Positions 13,601 to 22,566 of a DNA stretch of 64,000 nucleotides are shown here, one piece after another. The translations under genes were made by a program, and so were the position numbers. The DNA comes from Oikopleura dioica. Its lineage: Eukaryota; Animalia; Chordata. Positions within the stretch are counted from its first letter, which is position 1; each line of letters begins with the position of its first letter. The DNA is taken from positions 13,950,001-14,014,000 of the forward strand of contig OU015567.1 of assembly GCA_907165135.1 (NCBI GenBank). The letters are read 5' to 3'. The notes beneath the pieces are model-generated. The model was not told the DNA's origin. It made no database searches and worked only from the letters and a program-made list of their open reading frames with translations.

Positions 13601-16600
13601 CAGCCGGACAATTCTGCTTTTGTTGCCAATCGGTTGTAGTAAAACGTATCCCAGCGCGAGTTTCGAAGCGTCGGTCACGAGTACAAAAGGCAACTTGAAG
13701 TCGGGGAAGTAAACAGTCGAACCATCGGTGAGCTTGTGTTTGACCTTGGCAAGGGCATCACTCGCCTCGTCCGTCCAAGTGAACTTTCCGCGCGGCTTGT
13801 TGATTTTCAGAAGAGAAGTGATTGGCTGAACGATATGACTGAAACTGTTCTCGGCAATGTTGTCTCCATCCTTGATGGACGCGAAGTTGCGGACCCAGTT
13901 GAGCATTCCCAAGAGGCTTTGAAGACCACGGTAGTTTGTGGGAGGCTCGATGCGCTGAACGGCAGCGACGTTCTCGGGGTCAGCTTGCATGCCTTCTGAC
14001 GAGAGTAGTCGTCCCAGCCACTTGCATTGAGGATACAAGATTTTCACTTTCTTTGGGTTGACAACAAAGTTGACGGCCTTGAGGCGCGTCAGAACCTCGT
14101 CGACGGTTGCTTCGAAGATTTCGAAAGTGGGTGCGAAGATGAGGACGTCGTCGATGAAAATTCGCACGTTGGAGCGGTTTTTCATGGACTGAAGAGCGTC
14201 GGCGATAGCGCGGGCGAACCAATTTCCGGAGTTTTTGAGACCAAATGGAAGCCTGGTGAACTTATAATTTTTATTGTTCCACCAGATGCAGAGTTTTATT
14301 TGGTCTTCTTCTCGGACTCGAAGATTCCAGTAGCCTTTTGATACGTCCAAGCTCATGAAAAAGTGATTTCCCGGCGGTATTCGCGACTCATTTTCCATGT
14401 CAGGGATAGAAAACAGGTCCTCGCGGACAAGGATCTTGTTCAGCGTGACCTTGAAGTTCATGATCATGCGAACGGTTCCGTCAGGTTTTCTTACTCCACC
14501 AATCGGCGTGTTCCAGCCTTGATTGTCTTCAACCGGTACGATGACACCGATCTTTGCGAGTTTATCCATCTCCTTGTCGAGACTTTCTTCGAACATAACG
14601 GGTAGTTTATACTGAGGAACATTGATGGTGACACCAGGTTCGGTGTCGATGCGTACTTCGAATCGTGAGAAATTTCCAATCGGTCGATTCTCCGAAGAAA
14701 ATACGTCTTTCAATTTGAGCATCTTAATGGCCATAATTCGGACTTGATCTTCTGGAGCAGCAGTGTTTATGTCGATACCAAGCTGGTCAACTAAGTCTAG
14801 AAGATCCGCGGTTGAGAGTTCAGCAAAATAAACTTCAACTTTGTCCTTTGATGCATCGTAATCTTCCCATTGCGGGAATCCAATAAATGGTACTCGAGTC
14901 CAACCATTTGCACCCTTGAACTGAAGCGTGCGGTTTTCCAAATTACTGGTTATCGTTTTGCATCGTTTGTGGAGCGGGTCCCGGCCAAGGATTACAGGCA
15001 GAGACATGGCATTGTCTGAAACAAGGAAGAAGACGGTCTTGTTCCAAATGCCGTGGTGACCAATGCGAAGGTCCGTAGTTACTTTTCCGGCGCATCGGTT
15101 GTTTGATTTTCCAATCCCGCTAATGAGCTGATGAGTTGGCTCAATTTTCAGGTTGAGGGATTTGGCGAAAGAGTGTTTCATGATGGAAGCGAAGCTTCCA
15201 GGGTCGTACAGTGCGTGAGTCCACCGCCCGTTGAGCTCAAATTGTACAGGAAGGAAGATGGGCGGTACCTCAGTACGGCGGTCATGAAATTCAATACAGG
15301 ATTCTTTTTGTTTTGAGTCGGAGGGACCCTGTGCGGCTCCGACTAGAATCAGTTTTTTTCTTCGACACTATCGTAGTCGGACTGATCTCGAAGAGCGTAG
15401 ACAGCTGCGGCCTGGTTAACTTGCGCATTGTTATCCTGGCCGTTTCCGGATTTCGGCTTTCCTTTCTGGCCTTTCTTCTGATCCGTTTCCTTTTTCGCAG
15501 CATTCTTGTTGTCTTTCTTCTTCTTTGTGCCCTTCTTGGCAGGCTTGTCGGATTTGGCATCGTCCTGCTCTGGTTTTCGGGGCTTTCCTCGGAATGCTGC
15601 CGCGGACAATGTAGTCTGACACTTCACTGATTCCGCGCGAGTAGCGAGGGACATTGGAGTGTGTAAGCTGTCCAATTCAACGCTGACGGTTCTGTGGACA
15701 GCAGTGTCGACGGAGGAAATGTCCTGGAGCAGTTTGAGGTAGAGGAGTAACTCGAAGGCATCTTCATACGTGGGCTCGAACGGCTTGGCTTCGATTTCCT
15801 CACGACTCCTTCGGGACTCGTCGCGTCTGCGCAGCATTGCGGCGTAGCTAACTTTCAGGGATTCTAGAGATGATTGAAGAACGGTTGTGTGGCGTGTCCA
15901 GTTGCTGCCGTTGTTCTTGGGCTTTCCCATCCACGCTTCTAGTCTTTGGTAAACCGATGAGAAGCTTCCGTACAGCGCCAACAGGTGTTTCTTCAACGTA
16001 TCGATGTCATCAATTTTCTTGGAGTTGAGCGACTTGATCACAGCGGCGGGCAATGAAGGTTTGATCGCGAGGTAGATCTCGTCGAAAGAGAGTAGTGGTA
16101 CGCTTTTCATGATCGCCTCTAACTTGACCAAAAAATTGCCAAGTGACTCTTCATTTGACGCGTTGAAGTTGAGATCTTTCAGGTAGCTCATAAGCATGTG
16201 CTGCTGCATCGATTTCGCGCTATCGGTGGTGGTGCGGGCAGCAGTAGGCGTGTCGTCTTCTTCCAAGTCGAGGGTGACTAGCTCGTCGATGAGGTCCTTC
16301 TCGTCTTTCTTGAGAGCTTTGAGTCGGGCCTTGACTGCAGTATCCTCAGTTGATTCATCGATTTGTGCGATTTGACGGCGAACATGGCGAAGGACGGCTT
16401 TGATATCCGACCTCGTTTCGGGCATTGTTTGTTTTGTCTTACTCATGTTCATGTTTAGCTCACTGTGAATAATGTGACTTGATTTGAGGCAATTTGATTG
16501 TGGGTCGCGAGTCGTTCCTAGGCATGGCCAGCTTTATCGACTTCAAGCCCGGTCCACTAACTTACTTACTCTAGGAACTAGTAGCATCGGATTTTATAGC

Positions 16601-18043
16601 CTAGCTGATGAGCACTGACGTGGACTCAAGCAACTATTGTGACGACCGGCTTACTGTGCTGAACCTGAGCGTTTTGGGTTAGCTTCGCAAACAAGACTGT
16701 TCAATAAAGAGGATTTACGGTCGGAAGTGTTAATCTCGCTAATTTGGGAAAATATTGCCTAAATCTGACTGATCGGCTCCTTTTACGGGTTAAATACCGT
16801 CAAATTCGAGTTTTTCGGCCAATTTTAGCCTATAGGGCGTTTCCAAATTTTTGTCCACTAGAGGGCGCGTATGACCCCTCTGAGGCCACCTGGTGGTAGG
16901 TGAGTACCTGTGGATTAAAGTTGATCACATTTGAAAAAGTCGAAAATTTGACCTTGGTCAAGTGACTTGAGCCTCGGTTGCGTAAGCGGAAAAATTTGAT
17001 GCGAAAGAATGACTAGTGACTGATTTGAAATCAAAAACTGTCATATCGGGACATTCATGTGTGATAAGGGCCGTTCCCAAGCCCTGACGGACTTGCGCGG
17101 CTCCCATGACCCTTGGGGATTAACCCTGGCTGCGCGCCTGTGGCGCGCCCGAATTGCGAATTTCGGTTGGCGGTTGAAAAAGGCTCAAATTTGGGGAAAT
17201 AATTATCATAAGTTTGAGTTTGGACCGTTTTACTATCCTAAATGCAAGCTTAGACCAGCTAAACTTCATGTAAATTAACTAAAAGTAGCGTAAAACAATC
17301 TAACTCGCACTAGATTATCATTGAAATAGAATAGAACTCGTAAAAAAGAAGCGTTCGGCCATCACTTATTCCTAACCATTCACCCAGAGGCCGTAGCAAA
17401 TGCTAACAATGACAAGAGAAGGCTTCACTAATTGGATACGGTTGGGTTTCGTGAGAAGAGTGAAATCAGTTCCACAACTGACGCCATTTATAAGGTTCCC
17501 CCTTGCCCCGCCCAGACTCCCGTTGACCATCGGTGGTCCGGAGACCAACTGCGATGGAAAGCGGCGCGGGCTTGACAAGGCCTGATATATGTATCACTCC
17601 TCAAACTACTCCACACTAATCATAAACAACTGGAAACACATCTCGAGTCAAAGTATAAGCATTTATTACAGTCTCTCGGCGAAGGTACAGTGGCAAAAAT
17701 CTCTTTAGAACTGACCTTAAGTTTTCTTGGTTTGCTGTTGCGTCTGTGACTGCAATTTGGCGAGTGAGGGATATTTGAAAAGTTGCGCGGAGCTGGGCCC
17801 GAGGCTCGTGGGCGGCGAGGTGATAAGAATTGCGAGCCTATAGGGCTCGAGGCGGGGGCGGTGGAAGAGAGGCTTTTGGTTCGGACGAGGGGAGAACCTT
17901 ACAGCCTTTTGTAATTGAGCAATCTGATATTTTAATTTAGCGTTTTCTTTTGCGATCTCCGACTGAGGATCAGAAACAAGCGAATCTAATTCGGCACTAA
18001 GACGGTCAATTGCTTGTGCTTGCTGTTTAGTTCTTGCTTCCAT
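7659..18043 (-). CDS. RARS1: Cytoplasmic arginyl-tRNA synthetase, exon 1 interrupted by an LTR retrotransposon
   Basis: HIGH-like motif [15 protein letters not shown], plus [17 protein letters not shown] and GNTAAYLLY. The metazoan N-terminal extension [15 protein letters not shown]|IAEERSNL is split at 17904/9735. Confidence 0.95.
9736..10150 (-). repeat. 3' LTR
   Basis: Direct repeat of 17489-17903. Minus-strand ends are TGTAAGGTTC...GAACCTTATA. AATAAA at 9914-9909. Confidence 0.97.
10085..11077 (-). CDS. Retrotransposon ORF3 (330 aa, not Env-like); ends inside the 3' LTR
   Basis: Intact ORF downstream of pol with an acidic low-complexity region and a basic cluster ([17 protein letters not shown]). 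No signal peptide or TM segment is visible. Confidence 0.8.
   Translation of the reverse strand: MRLAKLAQTQPGMYQYLRKRAIAEMLEKAHSDKPDPDIINGAEVANADPDVPRTVSDDLAVDNVEVNNDADVNPAKCAVDNIDAGPDIDMDCSTPLVIDEEVVSTVASGPTDVMVSADVVNAIFDAAANNESTSDLINQLVPISQSTPFARPTDRRNESSIWIDDDDAEFNELVKKKKQKKNARHSKKHRKLQRQKVQNRHGNLRPLAPMTPVMKNRATFQCLEMLETITKLATKRKIDRGNIAFFKSPEGLKLVDQMCKLARGPRREMAARQMIAWRRSAEAKADNLGRLFWSSEADDVNGGESAGSNCKVLPSSEPKASLPPPPPRAL
11078..11094 (-). promoter_or_regulatory. Branch point and 3' splice acceptor abutting the ORF3 ATG
   Basis: Minus strand reads TACTAAC CCTTTTACAG|ATG. Confidence 0.75.
11345..15352 (-). CDS. pol: pol (protease, RT, RNase H, integrase), entered by -1 frameshift
   Basis: The frame is open upstream of the annotated Met. 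PR: [10 protein letters not shown]: [22 protein letters not shown]: TDAS, EREALA, TDHQAL. IN: HHCC, VDF..SDRGTHF..E, GPY. Confidence 0.95.
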   Translation of the reverse strand: MILVGAAQGPSDSKQKESCIEFHDRRTEVPPIFLPVQFELNGRWTHALYDPGSFASIMKHSFAKSLNLKIEPTHQLISGIGKSNNRCAGKVTTDLRIGHHGIWNKTVFFLVSDNAMSLPVILGRDPLHKRCKTITSNLENRTLQFKGANGWTRVPFIGFPQWEDYDASKDKVEVYFAELSTADLLDLVDQLGIDINTAAPEDQVRIMAIKMLKLKDVFSSENRPIGNFSRFEVRIDTEPGVTINVPQYKLPVMFEESLDKEMDKLAKIGVIVPVEDNQGWNTPIGGVRKPDGTVRMIMNFKVTLNKILVREDLFSIPDMENESRIPPGNHFFMSLDVSKGYWNLRVREEDQIKLCIWWNNKNYKFTRLPFGLKNSGNWFARAIADALQSMKNRSNVRIFIDDVLIFAPTFEIFEATVDEVLTRLKAVNFVVNPKKVKILYPQCKWLGRLLSSEGMQADPENVAAVQRIEPPTNYRGLQSLLGMLNWVRNFASIKDGDNIAENSFSHIVQPITSLLKINKPRGKFTWTDEASDALAKVKHKLTDGSTVYFPDFKLPFVLVTDASKLALGYVLLQPIGNKSRIVRLNSKTLNQAQMNYSTTEREALAVIWAIEDCKMLLRGVSFVVRTDHQALTFLDSKLPKNDKCSRWANILSVYDFVVEYIPGDENAVADFLSRPAGLDYNLNAKNAKSDELAGRFVDFHQFRIYIPSWVKPGNPPINKLNGDDFTTPEDFVAVLSLSNPSLSLNMLTKIASAQFDDPVLSKIMEAIEYNYSPQKDEKCEESKWLFQRRNQITKCESTGALSVAGKIFIPMSMRREVLNSYHDRCAHAGAKRVLELTSHLTWPQRKNDIENYVNSCPCAHRKGGRGQSHKPKIRSTVRGKKIFDKVLVDFIDMPPSKAGFRHCLTILCTFSRFLIVVPTRKHRAIDAVNALKDKLLSTFPRPSTISSDRGTHFTSAMNEEFAKEHKIEWRLHCAYHPESCGALEVQHRVIKDSVFVAVHSLNKDWADCLPEVVRILNSLPNAATKISPFEMVFGVKPDLSEFDAVDNSEESTPAEYVEQKAKERKLLYDRVSECQQKADEARQRNDNPAIVASDIEAGSSVLIYRPLSATGKRSKMRWIGPYKVLRSNGSVVQIIDDDGKTDFIHRSQVQPVQPRREHLGPLPPFPDLKIPLARTGVDNTTDPPVKLSQPPPRDIRQFEDETVGPNNGDELNAAGKDPVPDQDSPEPDAELTNNDDGPNSDGTADAARPTRPSTPVNESPPEEENFGTPMSIAFTPPNSKSHKARAPVAPKVTRARVRLEDEERTASEELAKKLQFDLNRPSTRASARIRQKKTS
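15296..15358 (-). promoter_or_regulatory. Programmed -1 ribosomal frameshift signal (slippery site plus pseudoknot)
   Basis: A AAA AAC at 15358-15352 immediately precedes the gag TGA. After a 7-nt spacer come stem AGTCGGAG/CTCCGACT and stem ACAGGGT/ATCCTGT. Confidence 0.85.
15349..16452 (-). CDS. gag: gag (367 aa)
   Basis: Intact ORF between the leader and pol, with a helical capsid-like core and a basic C-terminus. No CCHC knuckle seen. Confidence 0.85.
   Translation of the reverse strand: MNMSKTKQTMPETRSDIKAVLRHVRRQIAQIDESTEDTAVKARLKALKKDEKDLIDELVTLDLEEDDTPTAARTTTDSAKSMQQHMLMSYLKDLNFNASNEESLGNFLVKLEAIMKSVPLLSFDEIYLAIKPSLPAAVIKSLNSKKIDDIDTLKKHLLALYGSFSSVYQRLEAWMGKPKNNGSNWTRHTTVLQSSLESLKVSYAAMLRRRDESRRSREEIEAKPFEPTYEDAFELLLYLKLLQDISSVDTAVHRTVSVELDSLHTPMSLATRAESVKCQTTLSAAAFRGKPRKPEQDDAKSDKPAKKGTKKKKDNKNAAKKETDQKKGQKGKPKSGNGQDNNAQVNQAAAVYALRDQSDYDSVEEKN
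17469..17486 (-). promoter_or_regulatory. Primer binding site (cognate tRNA not identified)
   Basis: TGGCGTCAGTTGTGG begins 2 nt after the 5' LTR. The initial TGG is complementary to the tRNA CCA end. Confidence 0.65.
17489..17903 (-). repeat. 5' LTR
   Basis: Direct repeat of 9736-10150, followed by the PBS. Confidence 0.97.
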
Positions 18044-18113
18044 TCTAATAAATTGAGAGACTTAACAAAAAGATCATTTTGAAATTGGTAAATGGCAGGA
18101 AAACAGATGGCGA

Positions 18114-19820
18114 TTATACTATTTCAACGAATCGATAAATTTCGTAACTCGGTTCAGAATTTTTCAGTTTTCGTAAAAATATATGTCCGAAGAAGTCGTA
18201 AATGCGCTTTTGAGCAAACTGGCCCTTTTCTTTGAAGACATCTCTTGATTGTTTGTTCCAAGATTTCATCGGACTCGTTGGAATGGTCATTTGAAACATG
18301 TATTCGAACGCGTTATGGCTCAGTCGGGCCTTAGAATATGTTTTTATGCGAGTATATTTCTCAATTACCGGCAGTGTTCCTGAGCAATCCGCAATAGTGG
18401 CGTTAACATTGAACTCTCCTTGTTTGTTTTGTTCGATTTTGCTTGTTAGTGCTCTTATGCAACCAATAATTTGGAATGTGTTCGGCAAGATATCAGCTTC
18501 AATCAAGAATCGTGTGTCTTCAAAGCCTTCGGGAACTCGTTCTTGGGAAATTCTCACATTTTTAAAATCATTTTCAACAAGTGGCTCGTTATCTTCAATC
18601 ACAACGCAGTCATCGTCATCGCTGCTGTCGAATGGATTCGCGAAGTCAAGGTCAGTTATGTCCGTTGGCTCTGGAGTCGAAGCTTTAGTTGCTGCTGATG
18701 TTACTCGCTCAAGTCTCTCTTGTTCCCTTTGCTGGTCAAGAGCCATGGCGTCGTAGTCGATGTCATCAAAGTCATCATCGTCGAAGTCATCTTCAGGCTG
18801 AATTGTCGAAGCAGTCGACTTTTTTATCGGTTTGCTACTGCTTGACGCTACGATTTCTAAGAAATCATCGTCATCATCGAACTCATCTTCATTCGTCTTC
18901 GAATTACTTTTGTCGATTTGGCTTATTGCTTCGTCAAAATCGCCGTCGTCGTCAAAGTCATCGGAATCATCGAGCACAACGATAGCGCTCTCCACTTGTT
19001 TCTTCGAAAAGGTTTTGGAACTTGAACTGTGATTTGTCGTTTTTGGTTTTTGAGTTGAGGTAGCTTGTGGGCCAAAATAGCTCTCGATATTGCGCGTTTT
19101 TGAGGATGATAACGTGCCTTTTTTGGATGGTCCCGCTTTTGGTCGGGTCACCAATTGAACTTTTTAATCATTTTTTCTTTACATAATACAAGTATTTATA
19201 TATTTTTTCCCTTCAGATGAGAATTCAATGAGGACCCTAACTAGTGACTTCTGCTTTGACTTATTATTTTCGGAAACAATCGTAGAAAGCGCGCCCTCAA
19301 GTTTTCGCTTTCTTTCTGGCGGGACTCCACCATTTTCCCTCAACCTCTCCTCCAAGCGCTCTGTCGAAGCATTTCCTCCATCACCGTCGGTTAAAAATTT
19401 GACGTTTCGCTTCTTGAGCAACAACACATTTTTGCTCATTTTCATCGGTGGGATGAGCATCAATCTCATCACCTTCTCAATGCCCCGGTTCAACACTGGC
19501 AAGTTCTCCTTCTCAATCGCAATAATTTCTGATCCCTGCACTTCAAGGACCAGCTCAAGGCATCTCTTCGCCGCTGGTGCACTATAAAACGCACTTGTAA
19601 ATCTTGCACAAAGAACAAACTGCCGTATATAATCAATCATAAAAAATATACGGACTGAAATAAGAAACACTCATATATTTACAATTTATTTGCTGAGTTT
19701 TCTGTTTCGTCTCCATCAAATTCGTCATTTTCATTTTGCTGCTTTAGTTGGGAAAATGCTGATTTGCCGATGTCCGAGTAAGACTTGACAGTGGCCAGCT
19801 GCTCGCGATTCAAGTTCATG
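18114..19820 (-). CDS. RMI1: RecQ-mediated genome instability protein 1 (5' end may extend to about 20,150)
   Basis: N-terminal OB-like segment KRCLELVLEVQGSEIIAIE..NVLLLKKRNVKFL (cf. RMLMLQLTDG..GVLLLKPENVKVL), an acidic linker, and a C-terminal OB segment GCIRALTS..NATIADCSGTLPV. Confidence 0.75.
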
Positions 19821-21534
19821 GAGTCATGTGTTTGCTTATGATATATTTATACAGTTGTTCATCATTATTTTTAAAGAATGAGAAACAGCGAACATGTTTT
19901 TAAATGTTGGTAGTAAAAGATGCTGTATCAGGAGAATGGAGGGAAAGATCAATCAACAAAGGAATATGATAAATCGAAAATTGAGACTTTTCTCCTTCGA
20001 GACTAGTTGTTTGAAATCAACAAGGAGTATCGCTACACTCGATTCCGCATTGTTTCTGTTATCTGGTTAGTCCGAAGATAGTACAAGAATAAAGCTGGAA
20101 CTAATATACATAATGAAAAGAGGAATTAATTATATTTTAAACTGGGAATCATGTGCTTCTTTTGGTAGAGGAAATGGATTTTATTTCTATGTTTTGGATT
20201 CAAGCTAACCACATTTTTTGGCAGCAATGATGGTTCGGATAGCTCAGAGAGAAATGAGACAGTTTATTTCGATATTTTTTTCAATAAAGAACGAGGTTTC
20301 AAGAATTTTTTTGAACTTATAACTTTTCATTTTTAACCTCAAATAAGAAATTTGAGAATGCAAAATGAAAAGTTTTTATGAATGAACAGGGTCATTTAAC
20401 AACATTGATATCAAGAAGACATTTGCTTGATATGAGAAATGTTCGAAAGTGACGTTGTTCGGTAAAAAGTAAATAGAATAGACTAGTTAATTTTGGGAAA
20501 GATAATTGGTGCTAGGACGGTTCCTGTTTGGGCTCAAGAGGTTTGTCGGATGGCTTGCTCGAGGTAGACATCGGGCGACTGGTAGGTGCAAACATTTGAT
20601 CGATACGCGGTTGACGTCCACTAGAATTACACTAAGATTGGGCGGGATTTGCGTCTCTTACATTGTTGAAGAATTTGCTTGAGACGAAGCTACAGAAGTC
20701 ACAGCATTTAGCGATGCTTGAAGTGTAGCCATATGTGAACTGGGAAGACGACCATTTCCAATGATCGCCTGGCAAACCATTACCTGCTGACTCACTTCAC
20801 GGACTGTAACAAAATCAGTATAAAAGAAGAGGGAGTTGGAGTCTTACGTTCAGGGCTCGGGTTGCTGAGAAGAAGAGCCAGTTGTCTCTGCAAATTACTA
20901 ATGGCAAGGTTGCAGGACTCCCAATGCGTGGGATCCGTTGATGCGAGAGTCTGCAACGCGTGTATTTGTTGTTGGAGAAAACCAGCGGTCGTTTGCTGTT
21001 GCACCATCAGTTCCCGTTGTCTAGCAACGAGCGCCGCTAGTCATTCGATAGTGATGAGATCCTAGTTTGGTAAATGAGCTCGAGTAAATGATGATAAATG
21101 GCAAGAAGGGGGTGAGCGACAGTATTTTATTAACGGAAGAAGAATCTGCTCACCTGTGTGTGCGAAAAGTTCGGCGGTGCGTTGGCGTTGTGTTGCGTGA
21201 GGTGAGATTGTGAGGCGAGTAGTTGCAGAACTAGAATATTTTATCATTATAAGTGCCCAAATACGAATCACAGCTCTTCAAAGAAGACTGATCAAACTTA
21301 CTTGCTGCGGCGTGATTAGGATCGGGGTTTTGGCCGAGGAGCGGGGTCAAGTACTGATTCAACGCATCCACGTCTGGTTGGGGAATATGCGCGGCCTTGG
21401 GGTTCTCCGAGTGAGAGCGAATGTTGGACGGAGGACGCGAGCTTGTAGACGGCGTTTGTGAGCTGTGATGAGGAATGGGAGTAACTGAAAGAATGAGTTT
21501 TAACGAACGGTTCTCTGTGAATTGGCTCAGGTGG

Positions 21535-22465
21535 CTAGGTCTAGGATGGGGGGTGATCGCTGGAGATCCGAAATGAGGCGCTCGAGATGAATCACCGATG
21601 AGTGGTGCGCGGGTTGTTTGGATCTCCAGAGCGCGGAGATCGAAGCTCGATCTCCAAATGAATCCCAGGGATTTTGTCGATCTCCAGTTTTCGGTGATCG
21701 AAGCTCTGAATCTGGGGTCGGCAACCCATCTTTCAAACAAAAGATGGGAAAGGGAAAGATGGGTTTTCCGAAAGGTGGGAAAGGTGGGAATGATGAGAAA
21801 GATGGGTTTTCCCCTAACCCATCTTTCCCATCATTCCCATCTTTGAAAGATGGGTCGCCGACCCCAGCTCTGAATTTTCTCGAGCATCGATTTTTCTCGA
21901 TTAAATTCATATTTTGCAGGGACTTTGCGGGTCAGTATCTCAGAAAATAATAGTTTCTAATGCTAATCTTCAAGAAATTATCGCTCACCCACGGAGCTGA
22001 GTCTTTGGAAATTGAAACCGAACCAATTTTAAAAATATGTGATTTCAAGTGTTCAAAAATTTTGAAACCATCTTATTGAGAAAATACTCGAGCAGAGATA
22101 GTAAATAGTACATTTTTTATCCAAAATTACAATCCATGCACTTGATTTGACAAAAGATTTGAAATCTACACTGGAGAATAAGTATTGCCTGAGATTTTTA
22201 AGTTGATCCGGTCAGTCGCTTCTGATATCAGTAGGCTGGCAGAAGATTGTTTTAAAGTGACTCATCCGACTTCGGGGATAAAAAATTTTTGGATCTCCAA
22301 GAAGTGGAGATCGAGAGTGGTGATCGATCACCGCAATTTCGGGGTGGAGATCGCGCGGATCTCCACGCAATCGGAGATCCAAAGAACCCGCGCACCACTC
22401 ATTGGTGATTCCTCTCGAGCGCCTCATTTCGGATCTCCAACGATCACCCCCGATCCTAGACCTAG
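21535..22465. mobile_element. Non-autonomous DNA transposon/MITE, 931 bp, with an 8-bp TSD
   Basis: Imperfect TIRs of about 150 bp start with CTAGGTCTAGG. TSD TCAGGTGG at 21527-21534 and 22466-22473. Confidence 0.85.
21712..21867. mobile_element. Nested 156-bp MITE with an 8-bp TSD
   Basis: 26-bp TIRs CTGGGGTCGGCAACCCATCTTTCAAA with one mismatch. TSD CTCTGAAT at 21704-21711 and 21868-21875. Confidence 0.85.
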
Positions 22466-22566
22466 TCAGGTGGTATTTCAAGTGTACAAGGCACCGATAA
22501 CGGCAGTGAGAGAGACAGTCCGCAGATAGGTCACAGAGTGGGTTCTAAACCGCATCAATAACATAA

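Larger units (their letters stand above)
9736..17903 (-). mobile_element. Full-length Ty3/gypsy LTR retrotransposon (Tor-like), 8,168 bp
   Basis: Two 415-bp LTRs with no difference found by eye. 4-bp TSD GCCT at 9732-9735 and 17904-17907. Contains gag, pol in PR-RT-RH-IN order, and a third ORF. Confidence 0.97.

Noticed and set aside
17717-18043. 108-aa ORF as an independent gene
   Set aside because: It is RARS1 exon 1 reading into the LTR. The 9964-10173 ORF is the same LTR frame.
20792-21910. ORFs 21231-21740, 21527-21910, 21618-21950 and neighbours
   Set aside because: They largely cross or lie within the nested MITEs. The remaining 20.8-21.5 kb pieces could be a gene, but I found no start, splice model or homology.
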